In this document: positions 1 to 9,715 of the stretch, piece after piece
Layout: each line of letters begins with the position of its first letter
Position numbering within the stretch: position 1 is the stretch's first letter
Source of the DNA: Loktanella sp.
GTDB lineage: Bacteria; Pseudomonadota; Alphaproteobacteria; Rhodobacterales; Rhodobacteraceae
Reading direction: 5' to 3'
DNA: 64,000 nt
Assembly (NCBI GenBank): GCA_020201155.1
Contig: JAIVHI010000167.1
Coordinates: forward strand, 5,688-69,687
Position numbers and translations under genes: made by a program
The notes under the pieces: model-generated
Told to the model about the DNA's origin: nothing
What the model saw: only the letters and a program-made list of their open reading frames with translations
Database searches by the model: none

Positions 1-492
1 TTCGAACACCTGCCCCACCGCGGCGAAAACCCCGCCAAGAACCACCAGTTTCGGCCAGCGTCGCCCAGCCCGTAGCGCGCGCCACATCGCCGGAAAACCG
101 AAGACGAAGAGTGTAACAACGCTGGCAAGCACAAAGACCGCGATGGCGCCGCCAAGGATGGCGTCGAAGGTGAACCCTTCCGCCGCGTAGAAGTCCGGCT
201 GCAACAGACGTTCGTCGACAATCCAGACATCGAAAGGCGCCTCTCGAAAGGCCAGCAGCAGCGTCAGCGACACCATGTGCGGATAGAGCAGCCATGCCTG
301 TTTATCGAAAAGCCATAGGAACAGGATCGGGCAGAGCATCCAGAGCAGAAAGGATAGAACCTCGATCGCACCGCTTTCCTGATTCCAGGCAGACGGCCCA
401 CCCGTCAGCGGCGTCACGATCAGGACGGACACAAAAACCGCCCCGAACAGAACAGGCATCCGGTGATCCGAAGAAATCAGCGTTTTGTTCAT
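1..492 (-). CDS. hypothetical multi-pass membrane protein (C-terminus runs off the window start)
   Basis: Manual translation from ATG at 492 gives MNKTLISSDHRMPVLFGAVFVSVLIV... with several hydrophobic helices, and stays open to position 1. It is not in the ORF track because it has no stop in the window. No family recognised. Confidence 0.4.
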   Translation of the reverse strand, partial: MNKTLISSDHRMPVLFGAVFVSVLIVTPLTGGPSAWNQESGAIEVLSFLLWMLCPILFLWLFDKQAWLLYPHMVSLTLLLAFREAPFDVWIVDERLLQPDFYAAEGFTFDAILGGAIAVFVLASVVTLFVFGFPAMWRALRAGRRWPKLVVLGGVFAAVGQVFE

Positions 493-658
493 GGGTTCCC
501 CGCAAGACATTCCAACCGGCCTGAAATCAAGCCGGTGGTGTCAAATAATCCGGACCCTTAAATCGAAGCGGCACCTTGAGCAAGGTGAGCGAGAGAAACT
601 GCCGCGGCGTAAATACCCGTTTCACCACGTATTTTCGGCAAACAGGCCGCAGAAATGC

Positions 659-687
659 AAAAGGCCCCGCGCAACGCAGGGCCTTTC
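659..687 (-). terminator. intrinsic terminator-like hairpin downstream of cycA
   Basis: AAAGGCCC (660-667) pairs with GGGCCTTT (679-686) around an 11-nt loop. On the minus-strand transcript it is followed by UUUUGCAUUU, about 30 nt after the cycA stop. Confidence 0.5.
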
Positions 688-713
688 GAACGTCTCGTTT
701 TGATCAGTCGAAA

Positions 714-1202
714 TCAGCTGTCGCTGCCGTCTTCGCTGTCGTCCATCTCGATTTCGGGACCGACGTCTGCAAGGTAGGCATACAGATCGTATGCGTCGTC
801 CTCGGACCGGACCTGGAAGGCCATCTTGCCGCGTGCGCGACGGTCGTCCAGCGTCTCGCGCAGCCAACCGGTGGGGTCCTGCACGTAGCCCGCGAAGTTC
901 TCTTCGGTCCAGACGGTGTCTTGCTCACCCAGATCGACGATCGCGTCGCTATAGCTGAAATCCTCGACGGTGCCGAGGGTGCGCATGGCCACGCCATAAA
1001 GGTTCGGGCCGGTGCGGGCATTGCGGCCTGCAAGGGTTTCGCCATCGTCGTTCACGACGACGTGGCACGCCACGCACTGACGGTTGAACGCTTCTTCACC
1101 TGCGGATACGTCGCCCTGAAGCTCCATGTCCGAGGTATGTGCTTCGGAAAAAGCGGGGGATGCGAACAGCGCCAGGCCTGCTGCGATTGCAAAATGTTTC
1201 AT
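714..1202 (-). CDS. cycA: cytochrome c2 (soluble class I c-type cytochrome)
   Basis: 162 aa from ATG 1202, with a GGAGGA about 5 nt upstream. Signal peptide MKHFAIAAGLALFASPAFS and a single CVACH haem motif. Sits at the PGC edge. The longer 333-aa track ORF is an unlikely N-terminal extension. Confidence 0.85.
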   Translation of the reverse strand: MKHFAIAAGLALFASPAFSEAHTSDMELQGDVSAGEEAFNRQCVACHVVVNDDGETLAGRNARTGPNLYGVAMRTLGTVEDFSYSDAIVDLGEQDTVWTEENFAGYVQDPTGWLRETLDDRRARGKMAFQVRSEDDAYDLYAYLADVGPEIEMDDSEDGSDS

Positions 1203-1285
1203 AAATCCTCCTTGTGGCCCAGTGAAACTACCGAGCGTCTGCACATAAGATTTAGCCTGTATGTGTGAAAGGCAAATCAATTTTT

Positions 1286-2500
1286 TCATGCAACCGCACG
1301 CGAAAGGGCGCACTGTTGCCATAACTCGCTCAACGCCATGACCAAACGGTCGATATCGGCGTCGGAATGCAGCGGTGAGGGGGTGAAACGCAGCCGTTCC
1401 GTGCCTTTCGGCACTGTCGGATAATTGATCGGCTGCACATAGATGCCATATTCTTTCAGCAGATAATCCGACAGCATCCGGCATTTGACGGGATCCTTGA
1501 TCATCACCGGCACGATATGGCTGTCGTTCATCAGGTGCGGGATGCCTTCCGAATCGAGCCGGGCGCGCAATCGGGCGACCTGTCTGCGCTGCTTGTGGCG
1601 CTCGAACTGGCTTTCCTTCAGGTGGATGATCGAAACACGGGCCGCTGCAGCCACGGCGGGCGGGAGCGCCGTGGTAAAGATGAAGCCACTGGCGAAGGAC
1701 CGCAGGAAATCGCACAGCGCCGCAGAGCCGGTGATATAGCCACCGACAACACCGTAGGCCTTGCCAAGCGTGCCTTCGATCAGCGTGATGCGGTCGGCCA
1801 GACCTTCCTGTTCACTGATGCCACCGCCGCGCGCGCCGTAAAGGCCGACGGCGTGGACCTCGTCCAGATAAGTCATCGCCCCGTATTTCTCGGCCACTTC
1901 AACGATCTCGCGCATCGGGCAGATGTCGCCGTCCATCGAATAGACCGATTCGAAAGCGACGATCTTGGGGACATCGGCTGGCAGGGCTGCCAACTTGGCT
2001 TCCAGATCGGCCACATCGTTGTGGCGCCAGATCACCTTTTGCGCGCGGGAATGGCGTATACCTTCGATCATGCTGGCGTGGTTGCCCGCGTCCGACAGAA
2101 TCACGCAGTCCTGCAACCGCGAGCCCAGCGTCGTCAGCGCGGCCCAGTTCGACACGTAGCCGCTGGTGAACAGCAACGCGCCTTCCTTGCCGTGCAGGTC
2201 CGCCAGTTCACGCTCCAACAGCAGGTGATCGTGGTTGGTGCCCGAGATGTTGCGCGTGCCCCCTGCCCCGGTGCCGGTGCGCTGCACCGCGTCGCACATG
2301 GCGGCGATGACCTTGGGGTGCTGGCCCATCCCCAGATAGTCGTTGGAACACCAGACGGTCACATCGTTGATTTCACCGTCCTGATACTTGGCGGCACGGG
2401 GAAACTTGCCCGCCTTGCGCTCCAGCTCGGCGAAATAGCGATAGTTGCCGTCAGCCTTCAGCTGATCGAGCTGCGCGGAAAAGAGCGTGTCAAAGTCCAT
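1286..2500 (-). CDS. hemA: 5-aminolevulinate synthase
   Basis: 404 aa ([23 protein letters not shown]...). Full-length resemblance to PLP-dependent ALA synthase, and PGC-linked as in many Rhodobacterales. Confidence 0.95.
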   Translation of the reverse strand: MDFDTLFSAQLDQLKADGNYRYFAELERKAGKFPRAAKYQDGEINDVTVWCSNDYLGMGQHPKVIAAMCDAVQRTGTGAGGTRNISGTNHDHLLLERELADLHGKEGALLFTSGYVSNWAALTTLGSRLQDCVILSDAGNHASMIEGIRHSRAQKVIWRHNDVADLEAKLAALPADVPKIVAFESVYSMDGDICPMREIVEVAEKYGAMTYLDEVHAVGLYGARGGGISEQEGLADRITLIEGTLGKAYGVVGGYITGSAALCDFLRSFASGFIFTTALPPAVAAAARVSIIHLKESQFERHKQRRQVARLRARLDSEGIPHLMNDSHIVPVMIKDPVKCRMLSDYLLKEYGIYVQPINYPTVPKGTERLRFTPSPLHSDADIDRLVMALSELWQQCALSRAVA

Positions 2501-2506
2501 GAGGGC

Positions 2507-3307
2507 TTACCTTTCGGTCGCTTCGGGCACCGGGGGCCCTTGAGTCGGTTTGGGCAGCATCCAGCGCCAAAGGGCGGCGTCGGGCAGCGGAAGAACCATC
2601 AACCAATGCTCTAGCAGGGCAAGGGCCGCGATGGCGGTGAGAAGGGAATAGGTAGCAGCGACCCCTGCGGTATCGGCCAGTGCGATCTGGAAGATGAAAC
2701 AGGCGGTCGTAAAGGTCAGAAAGGAAATCGCCAGAGGAAAGGCGATGGTCACAGGGCCTTGCCGAAAATAGCTCGCGATATGCGCCAGGGGCGTTGGCAA
2801 GAACTCGACATTGATCCGCGGCACGCCGAAGAAAAGATTAAGCTTGGCACAGATCCGGGCGAGGAAAAGCACCAGATAGGTCGCCGTGGCGACGTGGGTC
2901 ACGTCACCGTTCGTCAGCACGACGATCAGCAACAGCCCCGCAACGATCAAAAGCTCGTGCCAGTAGATCGCAGTCCAGGCGGCGGCCAGCCGTCCCATCG
3001 GAGAGGCACCTGCCGGACAGACCTTGCGGTTGGGGCCGGTGACCGCCCCGGTCAGAAACGTCAGTTCGATCGCACCCCAGATGGCAAGGGCGGCGACAAA
3101 ACCGCCGTAGGCGGCCGCGACCGGCGGCAGACCGTCCAGCAGCGCGATGCCGATCGCCCCCGCCGCAGCCATCGGCACGGCCATCCAGGCCGCACGGGTA
3201 TGGGCCGCCGCCCCACCCGCCCTGTCCGCGCGTCGCACGATCAGCAGCAGGGCGCCGGTCGAAAACCACCAGACAAAGCAGGCGAAAAGGGCGGCCATCC
3301 ACACCAT
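2507..3307 (-). CDS. puhE: photosynthetic complex assembly protein PuhE
   Basis: 266-aa polytopic membrane protein immediately after acsF (1-nt stop/start overlap). This is the conserved PGC position for puhE. Confidence 0.8.
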   Translation of the reverse strand: MVWMAALFACFVWWFSTGALLLIVRRADRAGGAAAHTRAAWMAVPMAAAGAIGIALLDGLPPVAAAYGGFVAALAIWGAIELTFLTGAVTGPNRKVCPAGASPMGRLAAAWTAIYWHELLIVAGLLLIVVLTNGDVTHVATATYLVLFLARICAKLNLFFGVPRINVEFLPTPLAHIASYFRQGPVTIAFPLAISFLTFTTACFIFQIALADTAGVAATYSLLTAIAALALLEHWLMVLPLPDAALWRWMLPKPTQGPPVPEATER

Positions 3308-4422
3308 CAGTACGCAGGCTCCATTCGGCTGGACACAGGGGTTTCATTCGGGATCGCCGGGATCGCGTAAAGCGACACGAAGGCAAGCGTCGCCTTGGTC
3401 ATGCCGCCGATCCGCGACACCATCCCGCCGACACCGCCACGCTTCTTGGCACGGGCGACCTGCACCGATGCGTCCTGCAACCGATCCAGACCCTTGCGCC
3501 AGCGCGGGTGGTCGATGTCCAGCGTCATCGGGAACACCTGCTTGGAGATTTCCGATGTCTTGCGGTAAACCTCTTGCCCGTACCATGCCGGATCGACGCC
3601 GAGCGCCTTGTGGAACTCGGGCCGCTGGTGGTCGCGCACCCACATGGTGCCGTAGACCGCCGTGAGGAAGAACTTGATCCAAAGACGATTCATCCGGCCT
3701 TGCGTCAGCTTGGGGTCGGTGCGCAGCAACAGGGCGAAGGCTTCGCCGTGGCTGAACTCGTCGTTGCACCATTCGCGGAACCATTTGAAGATCGGGTGGA
3801 ACCGCTTGTCCGGATGCTCTTCGAGGTGGCGGAAGATAGTGATGTAGCGGGCGTAGCCGATCTTTTCGCTCAGGTAGGTGGCGTAGTAGATGAACTTGGG
3901 GCGGAAGTAGGTGTATTTCTTCTGCTGCGTCAGAAAGCCAAGGTTCACGGCGATGCCCGCTTCGCGCAAAGCGTCGTTGATGAAACCGGCGTGCCGCGCC
4001 TCGTCCCGGGCCATCAGCTGGAACAGCGTCGTGATATCCGTGTTCGATCCGCGCCGCTTCATTTCCTTGTAAAGCACGCAGCCCGAAAACTCGGCGGTGC
4101 AGGACGAGATCAGGAAGTCGATGAACTCGGCCTTCAGTGCCGGGTCCATGTTCTCCCAGTCGGCGTCCCAATCTGCCGTCTTCTTGAAATGGCCCTTGTT
4201 GGGGTCGCTTTTCATCTGCGCGATCAGCGCATCCCACTCGTCCCGGACGGGTGTCACGTCGATGGCGTCCATTTCGTCGAAATCGGTGGTGTAAAAGCGC
4301 GGTGTCAGCAGGGTGTTCTGCATGGCCACGGCGGTTGCCGCATCGTTATCCAGTGGCGGCAGCGCCTCTTGTGCGGCGATGGCCTCTTCGGCGGTGGCGG
4401 CTTCGGATGAGTGCATGTTCAT
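3307..4422 (-). CDS. acsF: Mg-protoporphyrin IX monomethyl ester aerobic oxidative cyclase
   Basis: Di-iron cyclase family sequence (..FYTTDFDEMD.., ..EFSGCVLYKE.., ..ARDEARHAGF..). Start taken at ATG 4422, which forms an ATGA overlap with the upstream small ORF. The 382-aa track ORF adds 11 unlikely residues. Confidence 0.93.
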   Translation of the reverse strand: MNMHSSEAATAEEAIAAQEALPPLDNDAATAVAMQNTLLTPRFYTTDFDEMDAIDVTPVRDEWDALIAQMKSDPNKGHFKKTADWDADWENMDPALKAEFIDFLISSCTAEFSGCVLYKEMKRRGSNTDITTLFQLMARDEARHAGFINDALREAGIAVNLGFLTQQKKYTYFRPKFIYYATYLSEKIGYARYITIFRHLEEHPDKRFHPIFKWFREWCNDEFSHGEAFALLLRTDPKLTQGRMNRLWIKFFLTAVYGTMWVRDHQRPEFHKALGVDPAWYGQEVYRKTSEISKQVFPMTLDIDHPRWRKGLDRLQDASVQVARAKKRGGVGGMVSRIGGMTKATLAFVSLYAIPAIPNETPVSSRMEPAY

Positions 4423-4715
4423 GACAACACCTCTTCGGAGAACGAAAACTCGCAAAGTTCCATGAATTCAAAATCGCCCGTCCAGCGCGTCCAGATCTGT
4501 TCGAGCCCCGACGCCCGCGTGATCGTGGCAGTGCGGTCCACGCGGATCACTTCGCCGTAGGCGGCCATGATTTCGGGGCCCTGAACCTGAACGGTATCAC
4601 CGGGGTGGATCACCGCCCCGTTGTTCAGACGCACATGGGCTGAAAGCTCCTCGAAGCGGTGGCTGATTTCCACGGTGCAGGGGGCTGTTTCGCGTGTTCG
4701 TGTGAAGAATCCCAT
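4419..4715 (-). CDS. small conserved PGC protein directly upstream of acsF (BciE-like candidate)
   Basis: 98 aa (MGFFTRTRETAPCTVEISHRF...) with a GGAGGG Shine-Dalgarno upstream and translational coupling to acsF (ATGA). The position matches the small cyclase-accessory gene (bciE) reported upstream of acsF in alphaproteobacteria. I cannot confirm sequence identity. Confidence 0.5.
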   Translation of the reverse strand: MGFFTRTRETAPCTVEISHRFEELSAHVRLNNGAVIHPGDTVQVQGPEIMAAYGEVIRVDRTATITRASGLEQIWTRWTGDFEFMELCEFSFSEEVLS

Positions 4716-4734
4716 AGTTCCCTCCTTATGGGTT

Positions 4735-5193
4735 TTACGGCACCAGCTTGGCGAAAGCGGCGACGTTGTCGGGGCCATACCCAACCAGCTCGATCGCGGT
4801 CTCTGTCGCGGGGTCGAGTATGGCGATCTGGCCGTTGAGCCGGCGAACGACCTGAACAGGCGCATTCTCCGGAGCGTTTTGCAGCATCCGCTCGCGGGCC
4901 AGGACCCGCCAGATGACGCCAATGAAACCATTCATTTCGCTATTGGAGTTTGCAACAACCGACCCGTCTTCGGCAACCACCGAAACGGTTCCGTCGCGCG
5001 TTCCGTCCAAGACGTAAGTGACGCTTGAAACGATCTCGGCGGGTGAACGTGTGCCGACGTGATCGCGGTCGGTCCAGACGGCAAGGCCGACAAGGACCAG
5101 CGACGTGGCCATAAGCGCGAACATCGCCTGAACAAGGATCCGCGGGACCATCTCGCGGTCGCGGTCTCGCATCTGGTTGGTCATCTGTGTCAT
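4735..5193 (-). CDS. puhC: photosynthetic complex assembly protein PuhC
   Basis: 152 aa from ATG 5193 (MTQMTNQMRDRDREMVPRILVQAMFALMATSLVLV...). One N-terminal TM helix plus a periplasmic domain, in the puhA-puhB-puhC order. Confidence 0.8.
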   Translation of the reverse strand: MTQMTNQMRDRDREMVPRILVQAMFALMATSLVLVGLAVWTDRDHVGTRSPAEIVSSVTYVLDGTRDGTVSVVAEDGSVVANSNSEMNGFIGVIWRVLARERMLQNAPENAPVQVVRRLNGQIAILDPATETAIELVGYGPDNVAAFAKLVP

Positions 5194-5197
5194 GGGC

Positions 5198-5827
5198 TTA
5201 CTCCGCTGCGACGGCGACGGGTGTCGCGCGTTCGATACGTGGCTCCGATACGCGCGCTTCGGCGGCATCGGCAAAGATTGCGGCGACCTTCGCGGCATCG
5301 GGGATGCAGCGCAGGGCGGGCTGGCACCGCGCGGTGTGCCACGGGCGCACGTGCGGCCATGACATCAGGTAGGAAATGCGGCTTTCACCGATCAACTCGA
5401 ACGCCAGTGTGCCGGTGCCACCGCGCCGCGTCTCGAGCGAGGCATTACCGATCTGCGTGTAAGGCAGGTTCAGCGTCATGGTCAGCGCCGCACCGATCCG
5501 CATGGCGACGCGCTTGTTGGTCAGCGTATAGACCGCCGACCGGGCCTGGACCATGGCGACAACATAGACCAGCGCGCAGGCCAGAAGGCCGGCCAGCACG
5601 AACGGCACACCGTGCATCAGCGCCTCGCCCAACGGTGCTGTGTCCATCGACACGGCAACGCGCCAGACTGTCAGTACCGCAAAATATCCCGCGATCCAGC
5701 GCAGCTTCAGCGCCTCGCAGGCCAGCCGCCAGGGATCCGGGTTGCCTTGCCAAAGGATGTGTTCGCCCTTTGGCAGGGCTTCGGGCAATCCGCGAACGGG
5801 CTCGAATGCAAAATCGTCGTGGCTCAT
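5198..5827 (-). CDS. puhB: photosynthetic complex assembly protein PuhB
   Basis: Starts at MSHDDFAFEPVRGLPEALPKGEHILWQG (ATG 5827, Shine-Dalgarno GGAGGGGA upstream). Membrane protein immediately after puhA. Confidence 0.8.
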   Translation of the reverse strand: MSHDDFAFEPVRGLPEALPKGEHILWQGNPDPWRLACEALKLRWIAGYFAVLTVWRVAVSMDTAPLGEALMHGVPFVLAGLLACALVYVVAMVQARSAVYTLTNKRVAMRIGAALTMTLNLPYTQIGNASLETRRGGTGTLAFELIGESRISYLMSWPHVRPWHTARCQPALRCIPDAAKVAAIFADAAEARVSEPRIERATPVAVAAE

Positions 5828-5847
5828 GGTGTCCCCTCCTTTGAGCA

Positions 5848-6621
5848 TTAAAGCTTGGGTTCGGCGCGCTTCGGATCGGCATACATCGTGCCACCCCCGA
5901 ACCAGCCCATAATCTTGTCTTCTTCCAGCTTGGTGACCACGCTGGGCGAAGCGGTCTGCGGAATGTCATCGAACTGCCCGCTGTAGAGCGACCGGATCTT
6001 CACGCGGTCGTTCTTGATGCGGGTCATCGTGAACGGGGCCAGCCGGATCTTGCCGGTGCCTTCGGGGTTCACGTCGATAACCAGATAGCGGACCAACTGC
6101 TCGGGGACATCGACCATCATGTCGACAATCCGTCCCACGACCTCACCATCGCCTGCCACAACGGCCTTGCCGCGCGGATCACGACCTGCTGCGACATGAA
6201 AGTCGGGCATTTCAGACATCAGCTTGATCTTGGGATGGCCGTGCGCGTCCAGCTCGGGGTCGTCCTTGCGGGGGGCCCAGCTTGCCGGTCCGACGCCGCC
6301 AAGCATCGGGTCGCCGGTTGGCGCAAAGGGGGCGCCGTAGTGCGTCTCGGTCTTGACCATGGGCAGGTCCGTGCGGTCACCGCGCGCCTGGCTTGGCAGC
6401 GACAGGGGGTCTTGGCCATCGCGCAGGATAAAAGTCTTGTCCTTGGGCAACGGGAACGGTCCCTGATTGGCGGCAGCAGTTCCATCCTCGTCTTCCAGCG
6501 GGTAGCCTTCGCGCATGTTTTCAGTTTGCAGGTAGTAGACGAGCAGCGCGAAAAAGAGCCAAAAAGCCCAGATTGCGACGCTTGCAAGATCGACGTTACC
6601 AAAGAATTCGATACCAACCAT
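5848..6621 (-). CDS. puhA: photosynthetic reaction centre H subunit
   Basis: 257 aa (MVGIEFFGNVDLASVAIWAFWLFFALLVYYLQTENMREGYPLE...), a typical RC-H N-terminal TM helix and cytoplasmic domain. Confidence 0.95.
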   Translation of the reverse strand: MVGIEFFGNVDLASVAIWAFWLFFALLVYYLQTENMREGYPLEDEDGTAAANQGPFPLPKDKTFILRDGQDPLSLPSQARGDRTDLPMVKTETHYGAPFAPTGDPMLGGVGPASWAPRKDDPELDAHGHPKIKLMSEMPDFHVAAGRDPRGKAVVAGDGEVVGRIVDMMVDVPEQLVRYLVIDVNPEGTGKIRLAPFTMTRIKNDRVKIRSLYSGQFDDIPQTASPSVVTKLEEDKIMGWFGGGTMYADPKRAEPKL

Positions 6622-6639
6622 TGTGGAGTCCTCCGCGGG

Positions 6640-8067
6640 TCAGGTGGGAAAATCGGCAAGGCCGAAAGGCCGGGCCGAAGATGAGGCCGCGCGGTGCCGA
6701 ACAAGCGGACCCAAAGCGACAAGAGTGATGAAAAGCAGACCGATTTCGATGTGATAGACCACCGAATAGCCGACGGCCGGGTCGGTTAGACCGGGGCCAA
6801 GCGCGCCACTGGTGGCCGCATGTCCGACAACGTCGTGGATCGTGCCGCCGATGACGATGGACAGTCCCGCCGCCGTCGCCTGTGCCGCGCCCCACGCCCC
6901 CAGCGCAAGGCCGCGGCCTGCGAGGCTCGAGGTCTTGAGCGCCATGGCCGCCGTCAGGGTCGACACCGAAAACAGACCGCCGCCGAAACCGATCAGCCCC
7001 GCGCCAAAGAAAAACAGAGACACGGAATTAAGCGGTCCGGCAAAGATCACGGCGCAAAACGCCGCAAGCCCGAACAGAACACCGCGGGCCGCCATGCGGA
7101 ACGGAGGCATCCCCCGTGCCAGCCAACGGGCGGCAAAAGCAAATCCGATCAGTGCGCCGATGGCCCACATCGCGGTCAGCAGCGTCGTCGAAGCCACGCT
7201 GAGCCCCAGTATCTCGCCGCCGTAGGGTTCAAGCAGCACGTCCTGCATATTGAACGCCATCGTGCCAAGAAACACCACGACCAAAAGCCGCGTGACAGGT
7301 CCGCCCTTGGCGAAATCGGCCCAGGCCGTGCGGAAGGCGGGGCGCGGCGCGGCCCGTTCTTCGCGGGTCATCGGGGCCATTTTTTCCTGCTTCCACAGGG
7401 CGATCACGTTCAGAACAATGGTGGCCACCGCAGTACCCTGAATCACCTGGATCAGGCGCAGTTCGCTGAAGTCGCGAAGCAAAGTGCCGACGATCAGCGC
7501 GGAAACAAGCATGCCAAGCAGGAACATCACGTAAAGCAGGGCCACGACGCGGGGACGCGTTTCGTCATCGGCACGGTCGGCGGCAAGGGCCAGACCGGCG
7601 GTCTGCGTCATGTGCATGCCCAGACCGGTCAGCAGGAATGCCAGACCGGCACCGACCTCGGCCGCAAAGGGCATGTCGACGGCCTGATCGCCGGTGAACA
7701 GGACCAAGCCCATCGGCATGATCGCAAGGCCACCGAACTGCCAGAGGGTGCCGAACCACAGGTAAGGCACCCGCTTCCAACCGATGGCAGAGCGATAGGT
7801 GTCGGACTTGAAGCCCAGCAGCGCGCGGAAGGGCGCGATCAAAACCGGGATCGCGATGAACAGTGCGACCAGCATGGCGCCAACGCCCAGTTCCACGATC
7901 ATCACGCGGTTCAGCGTGCCCAGCAGCATGACGCCCGCCATGCCGACCGAGATCTGGAACAGCGACAGCCGCAAGAGCTGACCGAGGGGCAGCCCCTCGC
8001 TGGCCGCATCCGCGAAGGGCAGCATGCGGGCGGTCAGGCCCTTGATCGTGCGGCGGGGGATCAGCAT
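6640..8067 (-). CDS. lhaA: LH1 assembly protein LhaA (PucC/BCD-family MFS)
   Basis: 475-aa 12-TM protein between bchM and puhA, overlapping the bchM stop by 7 nt. Confidence 0.85.
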   Translation of the reverse strand: MLIPRRTIKGLTARMLPFADAASEGLPLGQLLRLSLFQISVGMAGVMLLGTLNRVMIVELGVGAMLVALFIAIPVLIAPFRALLGFKSDTYRSAIGWKRVPYLWFGTLWQFGGLAIMPMGLVLFTGDQAVDMPFAAEVGAGLAFLLTGLGMHMTQTAGLALAADRADDETRPRVVALLYVMFLLGMLVSALIVGTLLRDFSELRLIQVIQGTAVATIVLNVIALWKQEKMAPMTREERAAPRPAFRTAWADFAKGGPVTRLLVVVFLGTMAFNMQDVLLEPYGGEILGLSVASTTLLTAMWAIGALIGFAFAARWLARGMPPFRMAARGVLFGLAAFCAVIFAGPLNSVSLFFFGAGLIGFGGGLFSVSTLTAAMALKTSSLAGRGLALGAWGAAQATAAGLSIVIGGTIHDVVGHAATSGALGPGLTDPAVGYSVVYHIEIGLLFITLVALGPLVRHRAASSSARPFGLADFPT

Positions 8068-8800
8068 GGGCGGACCTCCAAAGCGGTCGAGATGTAGAAT
8101 TTCGCGTTGATGCGTTCGACTTCGCGCAACATGCCAGCGGTCAGGCGGGCCGCGACCCGTGCTGGCACCTGCGGCACCATCACGGGCGACCGGTCAGCAC
8201 GCGGGAAAAGTTTGCCCGCCCGCCACATCAGCATCAGCAGGGCCGTGCGCGGGGCAAGGGTAAAGACGACCGAACCGGTCGTGCGGCGGGCCAGCCCGTC
8301 CAGCACCTCGGCGACCGTGGCGGTGTCGTAGTAAATCAGGCTGTCCATCGCGACGACGTGGTCAAATCCGCCAAGCGCGTCGTCCAGCATGTCGCCGGCG
8401 GTAAAGGTGATCCGGTCCGCCAGATGGGCGGGGCAGCGGCGTTGCGCGATGTCAATCAGCGCAGGCGAGATGTCGGCGGCCACGACATCGGCCCCACGCT
8501 CGGCCAGAAGCACCGACAGCGCACCGGTTCCACAACCGGCATCGAGCACGCGCAGGCCGGTCAGATCGGCAGGCAGCTGGTCCAGCAGCACGGCCCGCAT
8601 CCGGTCACGCCCGGCCCGCACCGTCGCACGAATGCCCGACACGGGCGCGTCCGATGTCAGACGCTCCCACGTGCGGGTTGCGGTGCGGTCGAAGTAGTCC
8701 TCGACGCGGTCGCGCGTGTCGCGATAGCCGTCGTGGGCCGCGACAGGGCGGCCCACGGTCAGGCCCGGTGCAGGTGCGCTCTGGAAACCGCCGTCAGCCA

Positions 8801-8801
<1 letters not shown>
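8061..8801 (-). CDS. bchM: Mg-protoporphyrin IX O-methyltransferase
   Basis: SAM-methyltransferase motif VLDAGCGTG. ATG 8801 overlaps the bchL TGA (TGATG); the track start at 8804 is a TTG one codon upstream. Confidence 0.9.
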
Positions 8802-9715
<914 letters not shown>

